Assembly (NCBI RefSeq): GCF_001194135.2
Contig: NC_068986.1
Span: 84,825,683 to 84,872,899 of the forward strand
DNA length: 47,217 nt
Direction of reading: 5' to 3'
Origin: Octopus bimaculoides
Lineage: Eukaryota
A program made the position numbers and the translations under genes. The notes under the pieces are model-generated. The model was not told the origin of the DNA and made no database searches. It worked only from the letters and a program-made list of their open reading frames with translations. The first letter of the stretch is position 1. Each line of letters starts with the position of its first letter. Positions 1 through 10,740 of this stretch are shown here, one piece after another.

Positions 1-276
1 TATATATATATATATATATGTATGTATATATGTATTTCTCTTATCTTCAAATAACATTAATTCCTTAAAAGTCATCTAACTTAGTAATTTAAGCACATTA
101 AGTAATTTCGCCATGCTCGGGTCTATGTTATTTACTCAATATTGCAATATTGTACACCGATATCAATTAAATACTTAGAGTTTTCATTCTCATTAAATAT
201 TTTATAAATACAACATATTAACTGAAATAAATTTTCGTAAGTAATTTAATTGTCATTGATTTCAATATATTTACAG

Positions 277-531
277 CTTGGATGTTTGGAGATCCTCATA
301 TTCAAACTCTCGATGGCCTGAAATATTCCTTTAATGGTTTGGGTGAATATAGCTTACTAAGTGTACGTAATAAAACCTCAAACATAAATATGCTAGAAGT
401 TCAAACAAGGACCACTCAGGCGAAAAATGCAAATGGTACTCTGATCAACGCCACAATATTTTCGGCTTTTGCAATGAAAAACTTCATTACCAATACCTCT
501 GCACAGGTTGAACTAGCTTCTGATGAAAAGA
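277..531 (+). CDS. Mucin-like transmembrane protein (MUC4/SUSD2-like), window exon 1: start of vWD domain (AWMFGDPHIQTLDG...ASDEK)
   Basis: ttacag acceptor at 271-276 and A|gtaagt donor at 532; phase 1-1; FGDPHIQTLDGLKYSFNGLGEY is the typical vWD N-terminus of MUC4/SUSD2-type proteins. The gene continues upstream of the window. Confidence 0.93.
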
Positions 532-678
532 GTAAGTTTTGTTACTTTGTCAAACTTAATTTCATTTTACATGTTATAATGATGAAGTGTTGTAGTGAAT
601 AAAACCTGACGCTTTTGTTTAATGCTGGAATTTACATTTCATATTGAGTACAATTCTTCAATACCTATTACAGAGCTT

Positions 679-892
679 AAGGCGGTGATCTGACAGGATC
701 ATTAGCACTCCGGGCAAAAAGTTTATCGGCATTTCATTCGTCTTTACGTTCTGAGTTCCAATTCCTTCGAGATCGACTTTGATTTCCATCATTTTGGGGC
801 TGATAAAGTCAGTACCTGTTGGGCACTGGATTCAGTGTAATCGGCTTATCTGCACCTTCGAACTTGCTGGACTTGTGCCAAAATTAAAAACG
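679..892 (+). mobile_element. SINE family A (tRNA-like head, central gtcgactttgcctttcatcctttcggggtcgata core), diverged copy
   Basis: Alignable by eye to the better copies at 11226 and 41488. Confidence 0.75.
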
Positions 893-978
893 AATATCTG
901 TTACAGAGTTGTTTCTTTATTTCCAAATTGTCTAAGTGGTATTACTCCAAGTAAATTTTCTTTTGTTTTCTATTTCAG

Positions 979-1122
979 CTTTGGTTATCTACCACAATGG
1001 TATTGATAAAACATCTGACTTCCAAAAAGATTCTGACTATAGGCTGATTGACACCGACCTGTTTATTACCAGAAAGAATGACAACAAAACTGACCAGTCG
1101 GTGTCTCTAACATTCACATCTG
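979..1122 (+). CDS. Exon 2, vWD domain (TLVIYHNGIDK...VSLTFTS)
   Basis: tatttcag acceptor, G|gtaagc donor, 144 nt, phase 1-1, open and in frame with exons 1 and 3. Confidence 0.9.
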
Positions 1123-3086
1123 GTAAGCCAATTTACAGTAAATCTTAAATAAAATTGTTTTAGCCTCGATAGACTCTTGTTCGGGATATTGTGATATGAT
1201 AGAAATATTTTGTATTTTGATGCCTTCAGTGATCTGCTCTATGACGATAGTTACGTGCCGATATAACGTCCATTATTTATCACATATTACTATGCCCTTG
1301 CCAGCTAGGCTCATGTGTTACTTGGGAAATGCTAGATCACAAGCACTACAATAGATCTTAAACAAATAAGTTGTACAAGAGCCTATTTCCACGTGGTGAA
1401 ATCAACACCAAAAACATATATGTAATTTTCACGGGGACAAAACAGATAACTAGAGTTTATTTTCATGAACTTGCTTCACTTAAATCTCCCTATCCGTAGT
1501 TAGCAAATGTATTCCTTTCACAAACTTTTCGTTAATCCCTTCATAGTATGGAAATGGGATCTTGGAGCTAAAACTTTTTCCCCTTCGTTATGCTTCCAGT
1601 CAAGAGAACTGTCTTAGTGAATGCCTCTTCATGTGCTGTTCTGGCGTTTTGAGGAAAAATTTCGGCAGCAAAACTCATACTGCATTTTGTAATTTGCTGT
1701 ACTATACCCATGGATGGAGTATGTAGGACACTGGACTGAAATTACTGTAACATGAGCCAAAGAGCGTTTATATAAAAATTTGCCGGTTCAATCGCTTTGA
1801 TCATCTGTGGAATGAAGACTCTGAGTCTGCTGAGCCACAGTAAAAGATTTTCCGATTCCTAAGAACAGAGCAGCTTGACTACTCGCCACGTTGTGATCAC
1901 TCCTGCAACTATTATGTCTTCTGAATATGTTTAAACTGAATCCGTTGAATCTGTAGCATTATCAAATTATTCAAATACTAGTGAAGCTGACCCTTTGGAA
2001 TACATTGAGTTTGAAGAATGTTCAGGAACATCCATATATGCAGCAACATTCTTCCTAATAAATCGTCGAATAATATAATATATCTATCTTCAAAAGAAAA
2101 AATGGCAAAAATTATTCGAACACAGATCCTAGCTAGATTAAGAAACCTAACAGTGTTATTCTGTATCATAGAATAAATTGAGTAATATTGCAGTGAAGCT
2201 AAGCCCATGATTCAGATACAACATGAAGATATTGCAAAATATTTTGATCACGTAATAAAAATATTTGATTTTTTTTTTTTAATTAACACATGCCTATAAC
2301 ACCCGCAACTTCTAGCAATAGGTTATAACAGAAGTCATTTTATTATCTCCTTCAGCCGAATATGCTGATGACGTTGACAATATTGTCACGTATAACTACA
2401 TTTAGGGTACAAAATCACTCAAAATATATAACGGCGCAGAAAACGTGAATAAAATTTGAAGTGCATTTCTAACTCAAGTATTAGATGTCGATACCTAGTT
2501 GTATGTATAGCAAATATTCAAACAGAAATCTTGTTCGAAATTTCCATTTTTTTGCAATGGGGACCATCAGCCATACTCGGGCTTTCTCTTCTGGTACACT
2601 GCAAACTCTAAGAAAGAAATATAGGACGAATAAAAAGGTAAAAGCTGAAGCTTAGCATGAAGTAATATTTCTAACCACGTATTGAATGTCGACACGTGGT
2701 TCATTGCACAACGCTACAACTTTCAAAATAAAGCATGAATACAGAATTAATGGGATATAGAGGGTCACACTAAGATAAAAGATAAGGGAAGAAGGGCCAA
2801 AGTTACTGGAAAAGTCTAGTTTTGCCCTGGACGGATACAACGAGTACTTTTAGCTGGCTATAATAATTAAAACTGTGTTATTACGTCTATCTTCTAATTA
2901 GTTTTGAATGCAATCTAAGAAAACGATATAACAGTCATCAAACAAAAACAGAAAACTAATCAAATGTTTGAAAAATATTCTAAAACAAAATTTACTTGGC
3001 ATGGCTATGATACTTTCCGCTGTTAATTCTTTTCAGCATCATATTTCGAAGGTCCAAAAAGGTTATAATTATTCTTATCTTTCTAG

Positions 3087-3290
3087 GTGTTGATGTATCA
3101 GTGACGGTTGGTATTCGCATGCTTGCAGTAACCGTGAGTTTACCAGAAGGCTTTAAAAACACTACAGTAACCAGCGGTCTGATGGGAGTGTATAATGATA
3201 ACAAGACGGATGATCTCACAACACCAAATGGGACTGTTTTGCCTGAAAATTCTAGTGAAAGGGATATTTTTTATAACTTTGGTCAACATT
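3087..3290 (+). CDS. Exon 3, vWD domain (GVDVSVTV...SGLMGVYNDNKTDDLTTPNG...FGQH)
   Basis: ttctag acceptor, T|gtaagt donor, 204 nt, phase 1-1; GLMGxYNxxxxDDL..PNG and FGxxW are vWD motifs. Confidence 0.93.
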
Positions 3291-3714
3291 GTAAGTAAAA
3301 TAATTGTATTATATTTTTCACTATGTTTGCCACTAGGCAACTGATTAACTGTAGAGCCAGATGTTAGAAAAAAAATTAACTATAGAGTCAGATGTTACTG
3401 TATTGTCACAGTTATTTTGTTATGCTTTTTGGCATTGCACATATTGCATTGAAAATTGGTCAGTCAGTCAAAGGTACAAGTGCAATAGTTGAAGCCCTGA
3501 ATTATCAGATAAGATTGATCACATCCACGAAGGCTACAGTCACATAGGAAACTAAATGCTTGGAATATTGAGAGAAATAAATGTTTGTCATTTCATTCAA
3601 ACTCTGCTCGAGTACAAAACCATAAATACGATACGGTAATATATATATATGTCTGTATATGTATATAAGACTAAAGTACTGTGTATATGTCTGTAAATGT
3701 ATAGAATACTAAAG

Positions 3715-4090
3715 TACTGGGTCAAGGTGACAAGCCACTCCAACACTATCACCATCAACAACTACAAGGTAGAGGTAGAGCATGAATTCACTTACCTCGG
3801 CTTTACTATCGCTGAGCCTAAGATCAACAAGCGAATTGAACAAGCATCTTCCATATTTGCCAGGCTCGCAAAGAGAGTCAGGGAAAGCAGAAAAGTGGCG
3901 GTAAACACTAAAATTCCTGTCTATAAGAGGTGCCTCCTTAGTACGCTAATTTATGACTGTGAGACTTGGAGCCTCTACAGCACGCAAGAGAGGCGTCTCA
4001 ACGTCTTCCACTTTGTAATTTGCGGCACATCTCGGATACCAAGTGGATTACCAACACCGAAATCCCCAACCACGCCAAGATACCAGCATA
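3715..4090 (+). mobile_element. RTE-clade LINE fragment, C-terminal RT region, degraded
   Basis: Translation FTYLG...INKRIEQASSIFARL...KIPVYKRCLLSTLIYDCETW resembles the RTE/BovB post-RT motif. Confidence 0.8.
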
Positions 4091-4119
4091 TTACGACACT
4101 ACTTTTGGTCCTTACCCGT

Positions 4120-4190
4120 GTACCAGTTATGCACTGGGTTCGATGTAATCGACTTAATCCCTTTATCTGTCCTTGTTTGTCCCCCCCTAA
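4120..4190 (+). mobile_element. SINE A 3' tail fragment
   Basis: gtaccagttatgcactgggttcgatgtaatcgacttaatcc matches the tails at 11360-11400 and 41625-41660. Confidence 0.7.
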
Positions 4191-4399
4191 TGTGCTAGTA
4201 ATGTATTATGACACGTTCTCGGTGCTCAATAATTCATTTGGCTATAGGCTATGTAGTTTCACTGTATCTTTGTAGTTTATAAAACAAAGTCATAGTCTTT
4301 ATCCTGAACTATTGCTGTAATGTATTTTGTATTATTTCACCTCTTTATTTGTTTTGCATTTTAAACTAATACCAACATTGTTTTGTCTTTTCTTCTCAG

Positions 4400-4639
4400 G
4401 GGCTATAAATACTTCTCTGTTTAAATATCAGAAGGGTTTTTCAAGTGCTGACTTTACCGACACTTCTTTTGTCCCCCTTTTTATTGATAAAAACTCGGAG
4501 ATTTACAAGAAAGCTTTACAGATATGTAAAGCAGACGATAACGCTTGCATTTATGACTACATCGCAACTGGTGATGAAAGTATTGCTAAAGCAACTGAAT
4601 CCCTTGATACGGAAGCTGAAGCTGACTTCCAAGCTGCAA
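4400..4639 (+). CDS. Exon 4, post-vWD region (WAINTSLF...CKADDNACIYDYIATGD...FQAA)
   Basis: tcttctcag acceptor, A|gtaagt donor, 240 nt, phase 1-1; C-x5-CxYDY..TG motif as in MUC4/SUSD2-type proteins. Confidence 0.92.
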
Positions 4640-4845
4640 GTAAGTAATATCATTTTATTTTCAATTTCTGGTTTTGGCCGATCAATTTCATGAGATCCAA
4701 CCTAATAGCCGAAGTTGGGTGAGTGCGTGTGTGTGGGTTTTGAATTATTTCTAACACTATCAAAGTAGCATAGACAAGACAACTCTTCCGTTCTTGTTTT
4801 AGTTCATATTCACCGTTATGCTGTGGCATATTGAGGTCTGTTTTT

Positions 4846-4890
4846 ATGAAGATGATGATAATCATGATGTTGCTGTTGCTGCTGCTGCTG

Positions 4891-4958
<68 letters not shown>
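4846..4958. repeat. Compound trinucleotide microsatellite (GAT)(GCT)(ATA)n
   Basis: Direct reading. Confidence 0.95.
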
Positions 4959-4959
<1 letters not shown>

Positions 4960-5378
4960 GTCAAAGATCATGAAGAAAAAAAATGCTTTCTAATTGATGT
5001 ATCAATACCAGCAGATGACAACGTTTCTCTAAAAGAAATGGAAAAACTTTCAAAATACAAAGACCTGGAAATAGAGATAACTCGAATGTGGAATCTAAAA
5101 ACAGAAACAATTCCTATCATAGTAGGTGCCTTAGGTATAATAAAAAGATATTCAGACAAATACATAACAAAAATACCAGGACTTACAAATATATATAACA
5201 TACAGAAAATTGCACTACTGGGTACTGCACACATTCTACGCAAAACACTTTCAATACAGTAAACATAAGAGCACCACAGCAAACCACAGCACATACCCAA
5301 GGCGCACAGAGCTGCGCTCGGTAGTGAAGTGAAAGCACGTTATAAAAATAAAACTACTGAACAATAATAATAATAATA
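4957..5378 (+). mobile_element. 5'-truncated RLE-type (R4/Dong-like) non-LTR retrotransposon, endonuclease end plus 3' UTR, embedded in (TAA)n
   Basis: Intact frame KKCFLIDVSIP...EKLSKYKDLEIEITRMW...IPIIVGALG...LLGTAHILRK, stop at 5260-5262, (TAA)n on both sides. Confidence 0.85.
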
Positions 5379-5577
5379 GTTTCAAATTTTAGCAGAAAGT
5401 AGGCGATCTGGGAGAAGGGAATAAGTCGATTCCATTGACTCGAGTACTTTAGTGGTGCCTTATTTTGGTGACCCCGAAAGAATGAAGACAAAATTCCAAT
5501 TGAAAGTATTTGAACGCAGAACGTAATTTGGCCCTTAAACATTCAGTCTGATGCACTTACGATTCTGCCAGCTCATC
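5378..5577 (-). mobile_element. SINE A, antisense, diverged
   Basis: Reverse complement of SINE A (gaccccgaaagaatgaag...gaacgcagaacgta...gattctgccagctc). Confidence 0.7.
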
Positions 5578-6000
5578 AGTTCCATAAAATAATACGATAT
5601 GAAGTAAGAGCGGTACAACTTGTAGGCATACTTATTATATTCAGAGCATTGTAGGTCTCCTAGCAATGAAATGAAACGACTACGCATATATATTCTGTGA
5701 TTATCAAAGATCAGGCCATAAATAACTTACAGCAGCCACACTACACGGCTGACCCTCGGTAATAAGTCATGCGCACATGCACTCATTATTTCTATCTTTT
5801 CTATCTTCTATAGAATAACGTTTGAAATAAGATTTCAGTGCAGTTCTAGAAGCACACGTACTAAGCAAATGAACACCGCCGAACAGGCATCAGTCACTAC
5901 GGCGACTGATGAAACCAGAGGTTGATACTACACCGAGTGCATTGTACAAGGTGTAGTTCATGAACCAAATTAGGTGTTGTCTGGATTATACTATTTCATA

Positions 6001-6375
6001 GTGGCTGTGTGGTAAGTAGCTTGCTTACCAACCACATGGCTACGGGTTCAGTCCGACTGCATGACAGCATGGGCAAGTACTTTTTACTACAGCTTCGGGT
6101 CGACTAAAGCCTTGTGAATGTATTTGGTAGACGGAAACTGAAAGAAGCCCNNNNNNNNNNAAGCCCTGTGTGTGTGTGTGTGTGTGTGTGTGGGTCCCCA
6201 ACTTCACTTGACAATCGATAGTGGTGCATTTACGTACCCGTAACTTAGCGGTTCGGCAAAAAGGACCGATAGTACTTGGTTTACAAAGAATAAGTCCTGT
6301 GGTCGATTTGCTCGACTAAAGACTGAGATCTAGCTTGGCTGCAGTCAAATTACTGGAACAAGTAAAAGAATAAAA
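6001..6375 (+). mobile_element. SINE family B (tRNA-like head, internal TG microsatellite, long tail)
   Basis: gtggctgtgtggtaagtagcttgcttaccaaccacatgg...gggttcagtcc...ggtagacggaaactgaaagaagccc is shared with copies at 17270, 26848 and 43855. Confidence 0.85.
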
Positions 6376-6613
6376 GGAAAGAATATTTTAACCTTCTCTG
6401 TTCCACTGATACCTTTAGTAAGGTAACCAATATTATTTGTATGTCGACTGATAATTTCATTAATTTCCCCATAAATTTCTGTAAGGTAGTATATAGACGG
6501 AAGATAAAATTTCAAATAAGTTTCACCGACCGACAACTATTAATTTCTTCGGTTTTTAACTTATTTTTATGATACTTAACAAAATTATTGATGACAATTC
6601 TGCTTTATCACAG

Positions 6614-6821
6614 GAAACACAGCCCCTGAAATTTCCGGTGAAGAAACTGTTAATATAATTATAAATCAAACAGCCACTGCCATTCTCAGTGTCACAGATG
6701 CTGAAAATGATACTATCACAGTCATAAAGCAACAAGGTGGCGAGTATTTTAATGTCAGTAAAAACGGATCCAATATTACATTATCAATATATTTGATGCA
6801 TTCAAATGCAGTTAATATCAG
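6614..6821 (+). CDS. Exon 5, cadherin/Ig-like beta module (RNTAPEISG...VTDAENDTITV...NAVNI)
   Basis: ttatcacag acceptor, AG|gtgagt donor, 208 nt, phase 1-2, open frame; not in the ORF track because it has no ATG. Confidence 0.88.
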
Positions 6822-7679
6822 GTGAGTTAAAGATGAATTTTTAACCATGTTATTTCATTGTATCATTGACGCACATTGATGAAATTTTGCAGAGCTCTTA
6901 AATTCACAGAATACTGTTGTTCTCATACAATTAAAATTCAGTGCTGCAGTTCGATTTGAAGTAACAAAAGACTTCATATCAAATTGACTTGAGATTTGAA
7001 ACTCCTGGAAAATATAACCTTAAAACGTTTCATTGTGTATATTTGGTAGAGCAATTTACATTTTGCATGGAATAAGGTTCCTCATCGAAAACCCAGCCCT
7101 ATTTTTATAGTTAAACCATAAAGGTTTAAGTAATGCTAAAATAGAACCGCTTAATATAGTTTAAACAATAATCAAATACAATGAGTTTAGTTTAACCATA
7201 GTTAAACAATTGCTATAATCAAATTACTTAATTTTATGCAGTGATGAAATCATATCGTTTGATTAACCGGTAATAAAATCAAATGAATTGAATTTAATAG
7301 ATACTAAAATTAAATAAGTGATAAAAAATTAAATAACTTAATGTTTAATCAGTAGTAAGATTAATTATTTAAAAATTAAACGAATGATGGATTTGTTCGA
7401 AGTTTAATCGGCGATAAATTTTAAATGCACCAGAAAAACTTACATCCATGTGCACGTACATATATACATACATGCATACATACATACTTCATACATACAT
7501 TACATAAATATTCCGGAATAATCATTATCATAATCCCCCTCCCCCCTCTTAATCATCATCATCATCATCATCATCATCAAGTTTACACGACAAACGTTGA
7601 AATAGCATAACGGAAAACTTTAAAATATGTTGTATGTTTAATTAATGCATATACTGATATTGTTATACTTCTTTTTCAG

Positions 7680-7843
7680 CATTATTGCTCAAGATGGCAA
7701 AAATGCTTTCTCTGCCGAATTCATTATGAATATTGTGCTATGCAGTGGATGTTCTGGTCACGGAAGCTGCGCAAAAGATAACCCAAAAATCAGAACAGAA
7801 AACTTTATGCTGCAGTCATGTGACTGCAAAAAAGAATATGCTG
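7680..7843 (+). CDS. Exon 6, end of beta module plus first EGF-like repeat (SIIAQDG...CSGCSGHGSC...CDCKKEYA)
   Basis: ctttttcag acceptor, G|gtgaga donor, 164 nt, phase 2-1, complements exon 5. Confidence 0.9.
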
Positions 7844-8202
7844 GTGAGAATTATAAATCATGTGCACAAACTCATATGAATATTTTATTTATAATAATAT
7901 AATGTATATTGTGAAAAAACAGTTGCTGACTAAATGTATGTGCTTAGCCAAACCCAATCTATATGAGAATTTAGACAAATGAAATGTAGTGGCAATTTAA
8001 AGGAGTAAAGATTTTGACCATGTGAACCTCCGATGTACATTGCTCATGTCTCAACAAAATACACATCTCTCTTCTCATGGACAAGTAGTTTTCTATGGCA
8101 AGAAACTTTTGCAGTGTATGCTGCAGTCTCCTATTCCGATGCAGAAATGCAGAATGAAATAACTTGAATGAGTGGCTCAACTTCACTATATTATATACGT
8201 AT

Positions 8203-8261
8203 TTCTTCTTCTTCTTCTTCTTCTTCTTCTTCTTCTTCTTCTTCTTCTTCTTCTTCTTCTT

Positions 8262-8292
<31 letters not shown>

Positions 8293-8312
8293 TTATTANN
8301 NNNNNNNNTCTT

Positions 8313-8398
<86 letters not shown>
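8203..8398. repeat. Compound (TTC)n/(TTA)n microsatellite with a 10-N gap
   Basis: Direct reading. Confidence 0.95.
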
Positions 8399-8401
<3 letters not shown>

Positions 8402-10616
8402 TATACACGCTACAGATGAGACTACTGGAAAAGAAAAAATCCTAGCTTCGAGCTACAACAAGTAAACTTAGATGCTAAGGACCCTCCTAAATATCCTATC
8501 TGTCCCTAATAACACTGTTTTCTGCAGCTGTACTAAACTGGGTTTTATGCGTATTTCCTCAATCTATCTGTTCAAATCTTTTACGACAGTTCCTAATGCA
8601 CCTATAACTACTGGGATGCAGTTTACCCGCACTTTCCATAATCTCTGTAATTCAAAAGCTAGCTCCTCGTACTTTGTTATTTCTTTTATACGTTTCATAT
8701 TATTTTTTTCATCATTTGCGATTGTAAAGTTAATTATCTGGCACTTTCTGTTCTCGTTATCTAAATCAGGTCTTCTAGCTTCTATTACTATGTCAGTCTA
8801 AATGTTTAAGTCCCACAACATATTTTATTTCTTACATTCTAGTAATTTACTAGATTTATGTTCATACCATTTATAAGTATGTTCAAATCCTAGCTTTCTA
8901 CAAAGCTTCTAGTGGATTGCTTTCCCTAGATTATTATGTCTTTTCTTGTCTTCTTTGTGTGCCAGCATGCTACATTCACTTACTATATGAGTAACAGTTT
9001 CCGCTTTTGATTTGCATAATCTACATTGGAAGTCTACTTGGTTTTTGTCTATTTTGGCTTTTATCCAATTAGTCCTCAATACTTGATGTTGTGCAGCTTC
9101 TAACAATCTTTCTGTCTCCCTCTTCAGCTTTCTTTTCTGCAACCATATCCATGTCTCACTACTACTATTTGCTGCAACTATCTTTGGGAATCTACTATGT
9201 AACACCTTCTCCTGCTAGTCAGATAATTTCTGTTCTTTTTTCTAGTTTTTGAAGTTCGTTTGGTATTTTAGTTTCCCTATGTCTTGCTGTGGCTCTAGCA
9301 GCCTTTAATAAACTTTGTTCACTATATCTACTCTAGCTAAGTACACACAGTCTTCCACTGATATTAACCCGCTTCCACCTTCCTATCTAGGTAGGTTTAA
9401 ACTTTCTAATCCTGCCCTTTGGTGCATTGCTCCATTCATAGTGAATTCCTTCCTATTTCTTTTGTCCAGCTGCGCTAATTCTGTTTATGTCCAATCTACA
9501 AAAACTGTTGCGTATCTAAGTAATGATACTGTTCAAGGACTTACAGCCTTCACTAGATTCGGACCACATCGCTTTGACTTCATTAGGTTCCTCACCCTTC
9601 TGGTGTACTCCTTTTCAATTTTCGCTTTCATTTTTGTAGTTAGTACTTTGTCAGATACCTCTCTCCTTCTTTCAATGATTTTAATGTCTGGCCCTGTGGT
9701 AATTCACTGCCTTCGCTGTTGACTACCTGTTCTCTTCTCATGACTAATATTGCAGACTTATCTATGCCAAATTCCACGCCTATATCTTTGCTTAAGAGTC
9801 CTACAATCTGTTTTAAGGAATCTATCTCTATTTCATTCTTAGTAAAAAGCTTCAAATCATCCATGTAGAACAAGTGGTTAATTTTTCTATTATTATTTCT
9901 GAACTGATACCTTGTCTCCTTTTCCACAATTGCTCTGTTCTTTTTTTTTATCTTTTCCCGTCAGATACCTAATCTTCTGGTGACTACTATCCCCACTGCG
10001 TAGATCAATAAGTTAGTGTCTTTTATATTTTCAGTCCTCTTGTGTCTTTTATATTTTCAGTCTTCTTTCCAGTCTCTTCTACCTTCAATTATATCATCGA
10101 CTTTCTTCTAATGGCATTAGTTTGATCAACTATACACTGCTCAGTCACTTTAAAATACCTTTCTGTACCCAAAATGATAATATCTGTTTTCTGTAATCCC
10201 TTTCTTAGGTTCACTTCCTAAGTAGAACTGTATCATTATCCTGTTTTCTACGCTAGTCCACTTCCTCCTCTTTGCTCTATTATCTGCTGATGCTCTATTA
10301 GGATGACATCTGTGGTCAGTCTGATTCTTTACTGTTCCATTGCCGAGAGAGTGGCCTTCCCTTAAAGGTCCAGATTCATTTTCGCTGTTACAACCAGAGT
10401 TTTTCCGAAACTCTTGTCGCTCATACACTGAGGTAAGGTAAAGTTCGTCAACATCGTCATCATCATTATTGTTTCTCGACATCTGAACATTTCTAATAAC
10501 ATTTTATTGCATCATCTGTTACACCCTTGTGTTGCGTGATGCGTTAAGCATTTTTTGGGAGGGGGGGATATTGTATCAGTACGTTTTGTTATAGGGTCTT
10601 GTTAGAGGTATGTATT
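8399..10616 (-). mobile_element. RLE-type (R4/Dong-like) non-LTR retrotransposon, internally deleted pseudogene copy
   Basis: Minus-strand pieces in order: N-terminal RRKWTSVENRIM, RT motif INHLFYMDDLKLF, CCHC knuckle CRLCKSKAETVTHIVSEC, C-terminal QKTVLLGT; several frameshifts. Confidence 0.85.
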
Positions 10617-10649
10617 GTTATTATTTTTATTATTATTATTATTATTATT

Positions 10650-10727
<78 letters not shown>

Positions 10728-10738
10728 GGTGGTGTTGT
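10617..10738. repeat. Compound (TAT)(TGT)(TGG) microsatellite between two retrotransposon copies
   Basis: Direct reading. Confidence 0.95.
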
Positions 10739-10740
10739 TA

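Noticed and set aside
6001-6080. tRNA-like sequences at SINE heads (also 26848, 42110, 43090-43180)
   Set aside because: Pol III A/B-box-like heads continue into SINE bodies, with no complete cloverleaf; not tRNA genes
7971-8465. Poly-N/K/F/L/S/Y ORFs
   Set aside because: Translations of (TTC)n/(TTA)n microsatellites
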